A DNA stretch of 64,000 nucleotides, from NCBI GenBank assembly GCA_017516965.1, contig JAFXAP010000011.1, forward strand, positions 61,219 through 125,218. Direction: 5' to 3'. Position 1 is the first letter of the stretch; each line of letters starts with the position of its first letter. Under the pieces are notes generated by a model that worked only from the letters and a program-made list of their open reading frames with translations, ran no database searches and was not told where the DNA came from. Shown here piece by piece: positions 56,179 through 64,000 of this stretch. The stretch is from Clostridia bacterium (GTDB taxonomy: Bacteria; Bacillota; Clostridia; Oscillospirales; Acutalibacteraceae). The position numbers were made by a program, and so were the translations under genes.

Positions 56179-56819
56179 TTTATGCTGTTTTATCTGTAAT
56201 TTTGGCCTATTTATTGGGTAGCATCAGTTTTGCGATTATTTTTTCAAAAATATTTATGAAAAAAGACGTTCGCGAGCTTGGAAGTGGCAATGCAGGAACA
56301 ACTAATATAATGCGTACAGGTGGATTTGGACTTGGCGCAATAACCTTTTTAGGTGATGTATTTAAAGGATTTCTCGCATGCTTTATTGGTAAATTGGTAT
56401 TTGCCAATGTTTTTGAAAACGGAGAATGTTGGGCAATTTACGGCGCGTTTATTTGCGGTCTTGCCTGTATGCTCGGCCACGTTTTTCCAATTTTCTTTCA
56501 GTTTAAGGGCGGTAAAGGTATAGCCACAAGTGTTGGTATATTTGCAGTTTGCTGTTGGCCTGCAATACTTATTGGTCTTGCAATTTTTGCTTTGGGTGTT
56601 TTGATAACAAAAATTGTATCGGTAAGCTCTATTGCGGCGGCAGTTACCGTTGTTGTTTGCACGATGATATTTAGTTTTATAAATGCTCCTGCAAACTTTT
56701 GGCCTCAGGCGGTTTTAGCAACTGTTATGGGCGTGTTAGTTATAGTAAAACATAGTGAGAATATTAAACGACTTATCAATGGTACCGAAAAGAAACTCAC
56801 TATCGGAGGTAAAAAGTAA
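56175..56819 (+). CDS. plsY: Glycerol-3-phosphate acyltransferase PlsY
   Basis: ...LGSGNAGTTN..R and ..KGGKG.AT. It overlaps the der stop (ATGA). Confidence 0.9.
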   Translation: MIYAVLSVILAYLLGSISFAIIFSKIFMKKDVRELGSGNAGTTNIMRTGGFGLGAITFLGDVFKGFLACFIGKLVFANVFENGECWAIYGAFICGLACMLGHVFPIFFQFKGGKGIATSVGIFAVCCWPAILIGLAIFALGVLITKIVSVSSIAAAVTVVVCTMIFSFINAPANFWPQAVLATVMGVLVIVKHSENIKRLINGTEKKLTIGGKK

Positions 56820-57802
56820 TGGCAAAGGTTACTGTTTTAGGCTCGGGCGGTTGGGGAACCGCACTTGCCATTTCGGCATTTAACTGTGGGCACGAGGTAG
56901 CGCTTTGGTCTCCGTTTGAGCAGGAAGTAAACGATCTTATTAACAATCGTGAAAATACAAAACTATTACCAGGTATCAACATACCAAAACAAATTTTAAT
57001 CACAACCGATATTAATTGTGCTACTGATTCACTAATTTCAATCATTGCTTGTCCGTCTATTGCGGTACGTTCTGTTGCAAATAGATTAAGCACGGTTCAA
57101 AATCACGGCATTGTCGTTAACGTTGCAAAAGGCTTTGAAAAAGATACTTTAAAAAGACTTTCAGAGGTAATTCGAGAAGAACTGCCTGATGATAAAATTT
57201 GTGTATTATCAGGTCCTTCACACGCTGAAGAGGTGGCACGCGTAATACCAACATCACTTGCCGCTGCTTCAAAAAGTTTTACTGCGGCTTCAATTGTCCA
57301 AGATGTATTGTCAAGTGAATCTTTGAGAATATATACCGCTAACGATTTAGTCGGTGTAGAACTTGGCGGTGCGCTTAAAAATATTATTGCCGTTTGCGCA
57401 GGTATCTCTGATGGATTAGGTCTTGGTGACAACACCAAAGCGGCGCTTATTACTCGAGGACTTAGCGAGATGGCAAACCTTGGTGTATGTATGGGCGCTG
57501 ACGAACGTACCTTTATGGGACTGACAGGTATTGGTGACTTGGTAGTAACCTGTACCTCACAGCACAGCCGTAATAATCGCTTTGGCAACAAGGTTGGTAG
57601 CGGTGTACCTGTAGATAAGGCTTTAGCTGAGGTTGGCACTGTTGAAGGTTATTACGCAACCGTTATGGCATATGAACTCGGTAAAAAATACGGTGTTGAA
57701 CTGCCGATAATTAACTCTTGTTATAAAGTTTTATATGAGGGTTATAGCCCTGACTTAGCCGTAAAAGAACTTATGACCCGTCCAAAAGGAAAAGAAAGGT
57801 AA
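56819..57802 (+). CDS. gpsA: NAD(P)H-dependent glycerol-3-phosphate dehydrogenase
   Basis: VLGSGGWGTALA, ..GPSHAEEV.. and ..ALKN..A...G. It follows the der-plsY-gpsA synteny. Confidence 0.95.
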   Translation: MAKVTVLGSGGWGTALAISAFNCGHEVALWSPFEQEVNDLINNRENTKLLPGINIPKQILITTDINCATDSLISIIACPSIAVRSVANRLSTVQNHGIVVNVAKGFEKDTLKRLSEVIREELPDDKICVLSGPSHAEEVARVIPTSLAAASKSFTAASIVQDVLSSESLRIYTANDLVGVELGGALKNIIAVCAGISDGLGLGDNTKAALITRGLSEMANLGVCMGADERTFMGLTGIGDLVVTCTSQHSRNNRFGNKVGSGVPVDKALAEVGTVEGYYATVMAYELGKKYGVELPIINSCYKVLYEGYSPDLAVKELMTRPKGKER

Positions 57803-57806
57803 AATT

Positions 57807-57838
57807 AAAAGCACTTGGTGTTTGCCAAGTGCTTTTTG
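57807..57838 (+). terminator. Rho-independent terminator after gpsA
   Basis: GCACTTGG (57811-57818) pairs with CCAAGTGC (57825-57832), followed by TTTTT. Confidence 0.85.
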
Positions 57839-57898
57839 CATTAAAAAATTCAAACCGCCCTGAAACAAAGGTGGTCAGTATAGGTTATTATATATAAA

Positions 57899-58195
57899 TT
57901 ATGAATAACTCCATATAATCACAAGAACAATTGCAATAAACAAATGAATAAAAGGTAAAAAACTATAAAATCCGATTTTATTTTTTGTCTTTGTAAAAAC
58001 CAAAGAAACAAAATATGTTATTGTGTATGTGGCTGATAAAAACATTGCAAGAAATGAAATGATAATTTTAGAAGTTGGTTCTGCAGTACCTATGTTAGCT
58101 AATGAAATTATAGAACCAAGTATTGAAATTAAAGAAAATGGGATAGGAACTGCTTGTATAATATATAAAATAGTAACTAAAACTTTATTTTTCAT
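57899..58195 (-). CDS. Hypothetical small membrane protein (98 aa, 3-4 TM)
   Basis: A hydrophobic ORF with SD-like GGCGGTG upstream. I recognise no family. Confidence 0.4.
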   Translation of the reverse strand: MKNKVLVTILYIIQAVPIPFSLISILGSIISLANIGTAEPTSKIIISFLAMFLSATYTITYFVSLVFTKTKNKIGFYSFLPFIHLFIAIVLVIIWSYS

Positions 58196-58325
58196 ATCAT
58201 CACCGCCTTGGGTGTATTATAACATAAAAGCGGTGCAGGAGCAATACTTATTCATTATTCACTATTACTTTCCAAAATCACGTTCTAATATTTTAAGTGA
58301 AAAGTGAAGAGTGAAAATGTAATAA

Positions 58326-58358
58326 GTAAAAATCCCGCCCACTTACGTGAACGGGATT
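58326..58358 (-). terminator. Rho-independent terminator downstream of tRNA-Thr
   Basis: AATCCCG (58331-58337) pairs with CGGGATT (58352-58358). On the minus strand a T-run follows. Confidence 0.6.
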
Positions 58359-58360
58359 TT

Positions 58361-58436
58361 TGGAGCTGCTAACCAGATTCGAACTGGTGACCTCGTCCTT
58401 ACCAAGGACGTGCTCTACCACCTGAGCCATAGCAGC
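58361..58436 (-). tRNA. tRNA-Thr (anticodon GGU), CCA encoded
   Basis: Reverse complement: acceptor GCTGCTA/TAGCAGC, D-stem GCTC/GAGC, anticodon stem CGTCC/GGACG with loop TTGGTAA, T-arm ACCAG-TTCGAAT-CTGGT. Confidence 0.9.
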
Positions 58437-58603
58437 ATTTTTGCGACCACATTATTATATTATAACTATTCGTTAAAGTCAAGTGTTATTTTTGTAATTT
58501 CTTTTTATATTGTTTTATTAAAAAATATATGATATACTTATTATCAAATATAGACTAATCATATATCACACGTTGTCTTATACATAAATAGCGGGGGATT
58601 AAA

Positions 58604-60127
58604 ATGAAAAAAATTATTGTTGCATTTTTAGTAATATCTATATTTTGTCTTAGCGGATGTCATAAGTTTTCTTCTGTTGTTTCGGGCAATTCATCAAATT
58701 TTGAAGATGTTGATGTTAACAGTTCTTATACAAACAATGTTGATATTAATAGCATAATTACAAGTGTTACAAATTCAAACAGCGATGCTTCAAATGGCAC
58801 TGAAAACACCACTAACAATATAAATAACGATAATTTAAATAATTCAAATATAAATAGTGATATCATTGATAATCAAAATAAAGATAATTCTAATTTAAGT
58901 AATAGTAGCAATAAACCATCTACTGAATCTTCTCAAATTAATTCATCCATAGATTACAATGATTCTCAGGTGGAAGAAAATTCATCAATCAACTCCACAA
59001 CATCAAACGATGATAACACTTCCTCAAATACTACAAATAAAGTTGAACGTCCTGAAAAAGTAACAAAGGTTTACAATTTAAATATGAATACCGCCGGTAC
59101 TCAGCATTTAAAAAGGACTTTTTATGATTCACAAAACGGTAACACACTACAGTATTGCTTGTTTTTGCCTGATGATTATTCACTCGAAAAAAAATATCCG
59201 GTTATATTGTTTTTACATGGCGCAGGGGAAATTGGCACCGATAACACAACTCAATTAAACAACATAAAAAATATATTTACAAACAATGCTGATTACGTTG
59301 CGCAGTCTATTTTAATTTGCCCACAAACACCTGAATGGTGGCGTTTAGATCGTGATTACGGCGATAGAAAAGGCACGTTAAGCAGCGCGATGCATTTGTT
59401 AGAAAAAATACAAAATGAGTATTCTTGTGATGAAAATCGAATTTATTTAACCGGTCTTTCTATGGGTGGATATGCCACTTGGGAATTACTGCAAAATTAT
59501 AGTCATGTTTTTGCAGCAGGTGTCCCTGTTTGTGGATTTGGTAATGAAATGAATGCCGCGACGCTTGTAGATATACCAATCAGAATATATCACGGTACTG
59601 CCGACCCTACTGTATCTTTTTCAAACTCACAAAGTATGTATGACGCAATTATCGCTGCCGGTGGTACAAAGGTTGAACTTTTTCCGCTTGAGGGTGTAGG
59701 ACACGATGCGTGGAATACTGCCTATGCCGACAGCACTATGTTTGAATGGATGTTTGCTCAGGACAAATCTAAAGCAACGCCTGCAAAAATTGAGCCGTCA
59801 AGTCCGTTTAAGATAGTAGATGCAAACGGAAATGCAATAATTACCGCCAAAGATGTCACATTTGTTGACTATTTTATTGTTGGAGATACAAAATCAGGTG
59901 TAGATATTAGTCTTACTCTTACAGATAACGGTAGGTCAAAACTTAAAAAGGCTTATAAAAATAGCACTGGTAAGGAATTTACTGTTTATTTTCGTTTGCA
60001 AAAAGTATATTCTTTTACTGCTACAAAGCCGCCAATTGACAATCAATTTTTAATGAGCGGAGTTTTTAAAATTGATAATTATCTTCTTTATTATCATTTG
60101 TTAAAAGATGCTTGTTCAAAAAACTGA
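58604..60127 (+). CDS. Lipoprotein with an N/S-rich linker and an alpha/beta-hydrolase (carboxylesterase/phospholipase-type) domain
   Basis: Signal peptide with lipobox LSGC. A low-complexity Asn/Ser region of about 130 aa. Then LFLHGAGE, nucleophile elbow GLSMGG, HGTADPTV and GVGHDAW (Ser-Asp-His arrangement). Confidence 0.65.
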   Translation: MKKIIVAFLVISIFCLSGCHKFSSVVSGNSSNFEDVDVNSSYTNNVDINSIITSVTNSNSDASNGTENTTNNINNDNLNNSNINSDIIDNQNKDNSNLSNSSNKPSTESSQINSSIDYNDSQVEENSSINSTTSNDDNTSSNTTNKVERPEKVTKVYNLNMNTAGTQHLKRTFYDSQNGNTLQYCLFLPDDYSLEKKYPVILFLHGAGEIGTDNTTQLNNIKNIFTNNADYVAQSILICPQTPEWWRLDRDYGDRKGTLSSAMHLLEKIQNEYSCDENRIYLTGLSMGGYATWELLQNYSHVFAAGVPVCGFGNEMNAATLVDIPIRIYHGTADPTVSFSNSQSMYDAIIAAGGTKVELFPLEGVGHDAWNTAYADSTMFEWMFAQDKSKATPAKIEPSSPFKIVDANGNAIITAKDVTFVDYFIVGDTKSGVDISLTLTDNGRSKLKKAYKNSTGKEFTVYFRLQKVYSFTATKPPIDNQFLMSGVFKIDNYLLYYHLLKDACSKN

Positions 60128-60160
60128 TAATTGTTAATTTTTACCTCGTGAGGGTTTATT

Positions 60161-61441
60161 ATGAATATTTATGTAAAAGAATTATATCCAAAGGTTTTTA
60201 AATCAAACAGTAAGCAAACTTTATATGTTAGTTTTGAACATGATGAGACAATAGATTGTTCTTTGCTTAAAATCAAAATTCAACCAATGGAAAAGTATTC
60301 GGTTTTGCACAGTGAAAAATATCGTATTGACGAAGAGGAAAGGTACAGTTATGTGCGGTTAAAACATATAGAAAGCGATATTTTTGCTGTTGAGTATGAA
60401 TTTTCCGCTGAACAACAATACAGCGTTAAAATTAAATATGACGATAAATTTGTGTGTTGTACGTATATTTATTCACTTAATGATGACCTTGCAAGGTTAA
60501 ATATATTTAAGGGTGATACCCATTTGCACACCTGTCGCTCCGACGGTGAGGGTACGCCATTTGAAGTTGCTTGTAATTATCGTGCGGCGGGATATGATTT
60601 TATTACTATTACCGACCATCACAAATTTGAGCCGTCCTTAGAAGCGCAAGAGCAAATAAAAGAATTAACAAATGATTTCTTTGTTTTTAGCGGTGAGGAA
60701 GTACACAACAAAGATATGGGGTATTTTCATATCATTAATATGGGTGGCGAAAGCAGTGTTAATGATATAATAGAAACCGATGATAATTATGTCGAAACAG
60801 AGATTAAAAAAATACTGTCAACACGTGATTTCACCGGTATTTCCGACCCACGTTGTGTTGCATATCGCATTTTTGTAGCCGAACATATAAAAAAGGGAAA
60901 TGGACTTGCTATTATGGCGCATCCTTTTTGGGAGGCATACGGCGAATATCATATGCAAACCGAAGAGTTTATTTACCATTGGCAAAATGGTGACTTTGAT
61001 GCGCTTGAGGTGCTTGCCGGTTGTGACGGCACAGGAAACGGTAACAATTTGCAAGAAATGTTGCGCTCAGATATGTTATCTCAAGGGTATAAAATTCCAG
61101 TTGTTGGTTCTTCTGATGCGCATACTACCGTTAACAAGCATTCAACCGACCTTTTTAACAAGCAGTTTACACTTGTTTTTGCAAAAGATTTTAATGATAT
61201 AACCAAAGCAATAAAGTGTGAACAAAGCGTTGCTGTTGAACGAACCGATGATAGCAAATATCGTGTGGTCGGTAAATTCCGTTACGCAAAATATGCAAGA
61301 TTTTTAATGCGTGAATATTACTTTTCCTATTCAAATTTGTGTCTTGAACACGCAAACGCTTTAAAAAACAAAAACATCGCGTTAGTTAAAGAAAGTGAAG
61401 ACAAAATTTATAAATTTAAATCAAAATTTTTTAATATTTAA
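60161..61441 (+). CDS. PHP-domain metal-dependent phosphoesterase with an unknown N-terminal domain
   Basis: GDTHLHTCRSDGEGTP and ITITDHH are PHP motifs I-II, with later HP..E and SSDAH motifs. 426 aa. Confidence 0.6.
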   Translation: MNIYVKELYPKVFKSNSKQTLYVSFEHDETIDCSLLKIKIQPMEKYSVLHSEKYRIDEEERYSYVRLKHIESDIFAVEYEFSAEQQYSVKIKYDDKFVCCTYIYSLNDDLARLNIFKGDTHLHTCRSDGEGTPFEVACNYRAAGYDFITITDHHKFEPSLEAQEQIKELTNDFFVFSGEEVHNKDMGYFHIINMGGESSVNDIIETDDNYVETEIKKILSTRDFTGISDPRCVAYRIFVAEHIKKGNGLAIMAHPFWEAYGEYHMQTEEFIYHWQNGDFDALEVLAGCDGTGNGNNLQEMLRSDMLSQGYKIPVVGSSDAHTTVNKHSTDLFNKQFTLVFAKDFNDITKAIKCEQSVAVERTDDSKYRVVGKFRYAKYARFLMREYYFSYSNLCLEHANALKNKNIALVKESEDKIYKFKSKFFNI

Positions 61442-61452
61442 AGGGTGAAAAT

Positions 61453-62100
61453 ATGTCAAAAAGAATATTGTTTTTTGGAGATTCAATTACCGATTGTGGC
61501 AGAAATAGTGACCATTTTTTAAATATTGGTTCAGGTTATGCAAACTATGTAAGCGCAACCTTAGGGGCGCAATACCCAAATCAGTATGAATTTATAAACC
61601 GTGGTATCAGCGGTAACAGGGTTGTTGATTTATATGCAAGAATCAAGTCTGATTTTTTAAATCTAAAGCCCCAAATTGCAAGCATTTTTGTTGGCGTTAA
61701 TGACACCTGGCACGAAATCTCTAAACAAAACGGGGTTGACACCGCAAAATTTGAAAAAATATATGATATGATGATTGAGGAAATTTACGACTCTTGTCCT
61801 GATATAAAACTTATCTTGATAGCGCCTTTTGTGTTAGAGGGTAGTGCTACATGCAATACCGATGAAACACCCAATAGATTAGAGCGTTTTGTAACCGACG
61901 TTGCCGACAAAGCCGATGCTGTAAAACGTCTTGCTAAAAAACATAATTTACCGCTTATTGAATTGCAACCTGTCTTTGATGAGGCTTGCAAAAAGGCTCA
62001 GCCTGATTATTGGACACTTGACGGCGTGCACCCAACCTCATCAGGTCACGAGTTGATTAAAAATTTATGGTTAGAGGAATTTAACAAATTAGCAAAATAA
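61453..62100 (+). CDS. SGNH/GDSL-family hydrolase
   Basis: Block I ILFFGDSITDCG, block II GISGN, block III GVND, block V DGVHPT. Confidence 0.8.
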   Translation: MSKRILFFGDSITDCGRNSDHFLNIGSGYANYVSATLGAQYPNQYEFINRGISGNRVVDLYARIKSDFLNLKPQIASIFVGVNDTWHEISKQNGVDTAKFEKIYDMMIEEIYDSCPDIKLILIAPFVLEGSATCNTDETPNRLERFVTDVADKADAVKRLAKKHNLPLIELQPVFDEACKKAQPDYWTLDGVHPTSSGHELIKNLWLEEFNKLAK

Positions 62101-62113
62101 GAGGGTAAACACT

Positions 62114-62932
62114 ATGTTAATAAGCAGAACATGTTTTGGCGCCGATAAAGAGTATTGCAAGATGTTATTTGACGCCGGTTACACAGCCGTTGATATAAAC
62201 GATACATCACACAAACCTGAAATCTTTTTACAAAGTGAGGACGAGCAGTTTCAATTTGTAAAAAATGCAGTTGACAATATTAAAAATGCAGGTTTGGCTA
62301 TTGGTCAATGTCACGCGCCACACTCAATCTCTTTGTGGTGTAGCACTCCCAAAGAGGTAGAGCAAAGAATTGTGGCTATAGAAAACTGCGTAAAAACGGT
62401 TAGTAAACTAGATATACCGTATACAGTAATTCATCCATTTGTTTTTGCTTTTAACAACGAAGCTGAAAACCCTGAAAAATTATGGCAATTTAATATTGAC
62501 ACAATTCGTCGCATTTGTAAATGCGCTACAAACACCACCATTTGCCTTGAAAATATGCCCGGTACAGCCGGTGTAATTCGCACAGGTGAAGATATGGCGC
62601 GTATGCTTTCAGATGTGGGCGACCCCAATTTAATGGTTTGTCTTGATACGGGGCATCTTGCGTGTCAAAGTAGCACAGCAACCGATTTTTTTGCCGCGGT
62701 AGGTGATCGTGTAAAAACCCTACATATCCACGATTCGATACCCGGTCAGGACCTGCATTTACTGGTTGGCGAAGGTAGATTTGATTGGGAGGATTTTAAA
62801 ACTGTTTTAAAAGAATATAATTATCAGGGTAGTATCAATAGTGAAAGTAACTTTGTTTATAATGTAAAAGGTGAGCTTCGACTCGAAGGTCAGATTTTAG
62901 AAAGAAAAATACTTGAAGGGTTTGTTAAATAA
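62114..62932 (+). CDS. Xylose-isomerase-like TIM-barrel protein (sugar-phosphate isomerase/epimerase family)
   Basis: The pattern ..H.P......, ..LEN.P, ..DTGH.. and ..HIHD.....D-H is typical of the AP-endonuclease-2/sugar isomerase TIM-barrel family. Confidence 0.6.
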   Translation: MLISRTCFGADKEYCKMLFDAGYTAVDINDTSHKPEIFLQSEDEQFQFVKNAVDNIKNAGLAIGQCHAPHSISLWCSTPKEVEQRIVAIENCVKTVSKLDIPYTVIHPFVFAFNNEAENPEKLWQFNIDTIRRICKCATNTTICLENMPGTAGVIRTGEDMARMLSDVGDPNLMVCLDTGHLACQSSTATDFFAAVGDRVKTLHIHDSIPGQDLHLLVGEGRFDWEDFKTVLKEYNYQGSINSESNFVYNVKGELRLEGQILERKILEGFVK

Positions 62933-63844
62933 TTGAAAAATTTTCTTAAAATTATATCTTTAATTTTAACGCTTGTCGTTTTTCTTTCGGGGTGCGGTGT
63001 TTGGTTTACCAACGATGTTGGTGGTCAAAACGCGCTGTTTATCGGCACTACCGATACTAAGGTTGACACGCTTAGCGATGTTCCTGAGTTTAGTGATGAA
63101 CCGTATGTAATAATTAATAACAATATACCCGACTTTAAAGATACAGACTTGGTTACACACGCTTATGAAAATTATGCGCCACTTGACACTCTTGGACGTT
63201 GTGGGATCGCGTTTGTTTGCGTCGGCACCGAACTAATGCCCACGGGTGATCGCGGTGAAATCGGTATGATTAAACCAACAGGTTGGCACACTGTAAAATA
63301 TGACAGTGTTGACGGCAAATATCTTTACAATCGTTGTCATTTGATTGGTTTTCAGCTCACAGGCGAAAATGCCAACCGACAAAACCTGATAACAGGCACG
63401 AGATATTTAAATGTTGAAGGTATGTTGCCGTTTGAAAATTTGATTGCTGAATATGTAAAAGAAACTGAAAACCATGTTCTTTATCGCGTTACCCCAATTT
63501 TTGAGGGCGATAATCTTTTAGCGACAGGCGTTCAAATGGAAGGTTATTCGGTAGAAGATAACGGCAAAGAAATTTGCTTTAATATTTTTGCCTATAACGC
63601 TCAACCCGATATCGAAATTGATTATAAAACAGGGAAGAGCAAACTGAAAAATAGCGCTTCAGTTGATACACAAAGTGAACAAAAAGATATAACATACATT
63701 ATAAATAAAAACAGTAAAAAGTTTCATCTGCCAACCTGTTCTTCTGTAAAAGATATGAAACCGCAAAACAAAAAGGAAAGCAATCAAACTCGTAAAGAAC
63801 TCGAAAAACTTGGTTACTCACCTTGTAAAGCCTGTTTAGAATAA
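62933..63844 (+). CDS. Secreted lipoprotein DNA/RNA non-specific endonuclease with a C-terminal Cys-rich (Ada-like) metal-binding tail
   Basis: TTG start directly after the upstream stop. Lipobox FLSGC. Nuclease core YNRCHLIGFQLTGENANRQNLITGTRYLN. The C-terminus reads KKFHLPTCSSV...GYSPCKAC. Confidence 0.7.
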   Translation: MKNFLKIISLILTLVVFLSGCGVWFTNDVGGQNALFIGTTDTKVDTLSDVPEFSDEPYVIINNNIPDFKDTDLVTHAYENYAPLDTLGRCGIAFVCVGTELMPTGDRGEIGMIKPTGWHTVKYDSVDGKYLYNRCHLIGFQLTGENANRQNLITGTRYLNVEGMLPFENLIAEYVKETENHVLYRVTPIFEGDNLLATGVQMEGYSVEDNGKEICFNIFAYNAQPDIEIDYKTGKSKLKNSASVDTQSEQKDITYIINKNSKKFHLPTCSSVKDMKPQNKKESNQTRKELEKLGYSPCKACLE

Positions 63845-63850
63845 TATTTG

Positions 63851-63879
63851 TTGACAAAATGTAAATTTTATGTTAATAT
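63851..63879 (+). promoter_or_regulatory. SigA-type promoter preceding the lysine riboswitch
   Basis: TTGACA (63851-63856), a 17-nt spacer, then TAATAT preceded by TG (extended -10). Confidence 0.6.
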
Positions 63880-63892
63880 ATTAGACAATTGA

Positions 63893-64000
63893 ATAATCGA
63901 TAGAGGCGCAATTGACATTATTGTGTTGCTTTTTGGTTCGGATAAACCGCAGCACAAGAGGGGATATTGCCGAAATTGTAAACTTATATCCGTAGGTTTA
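63893..64000 (+). promoter_or_regulatory. Lysine riboswitch (L-box), 5' portion; it continues beyond the window
   Basis: GATAGAGGCGC (63899-63909) and ...AGAGGGGATATTGCCGAAAT match the conserved L-box elements of the B. subtilis lysC leader (GATAGAGGTGC ... AAAGGGGAGCGTCGCCGAAG). Confidence 0.6.

Noticed and set aside
58347-58532. A 61-aa plus-strand ORF
   Set aside because: It is antisense to, and overlaps, tRNA-Thr (58361-58436).
1-64000. A scan for CRISPR arrays, rRNA genes, IS transposases and integrases
   Set aside because: I found no regularly spaced repeat-spacer array, no rRNA-like sequence, and no DDE, serine-recombinase or tyrosine-recombinase ORF in the window.

Overview
The window looks like a low-GC, spore-forming Firmicutes (Clostridia-like) chromosome; it encodes spoVM, cdaA-cdaR and the dprA-topA-trmFO and rnc-smc-ftsY syntenies. 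It splits into two parts.

(A) nt 1 to about 8,100 is the end of an integrated mobile element. The backbone genes are G+C-richer: a ParB-like gene, a PC4/YdbC-like gene, TnpV, a small Clostridia mobile-element protein and a HipB-like XRE. The element carries an array of direct repeats and two low-G+C cargo modules:
- a controller-like XRE gene plus a BcgI-like (type IIB) restriction-modification pair, made of a fused nuclease-methyltransferase subunit and an HsdS-like specificity subunit;
- a compact cassette of an XRE regulator, a 61-aa acidic protein and a ClpP-fold S49/SDH-family serine protease. I cannot match this architecture to any described defence or toxin-antitoxin system, and it is my top candidate for an undescribed system.

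(B) nt 8,118-64,000 is core genome:
- ppdK, then a coaX / three tandem CE15-like esterases / ECF S-component gene string;
- rpsF-ssb-rpsR;
- tRNA-Gln, a 5' tRNA-Gln fragment, and tRNA-His;
- lysC-hom and cdaA-cdaR;
- recD2-comFC and infC-rpmI-rplT with an L20-type leader;
- dprA-topA-trmFO-plsX-rnc-smc-ftsY;
- rdgB-yhbY-nadD-yqeK-rsfS-leuS;
- a preQ1-I riboswitch with a yhhQ-like transporter, and putP;
- an unannotated spoVM;
- guaB, yceD-rpmF and der-plsY-gpsA;
- tRNA-Thr;
- a cluster of hydrolases and a secreted nuclease;
- a lysine riboswitch that runs off the right edge.

I saw no rRNA, CRISPR array or transposase. All functional calls come from motif and family recognition by eye. No database search was run.
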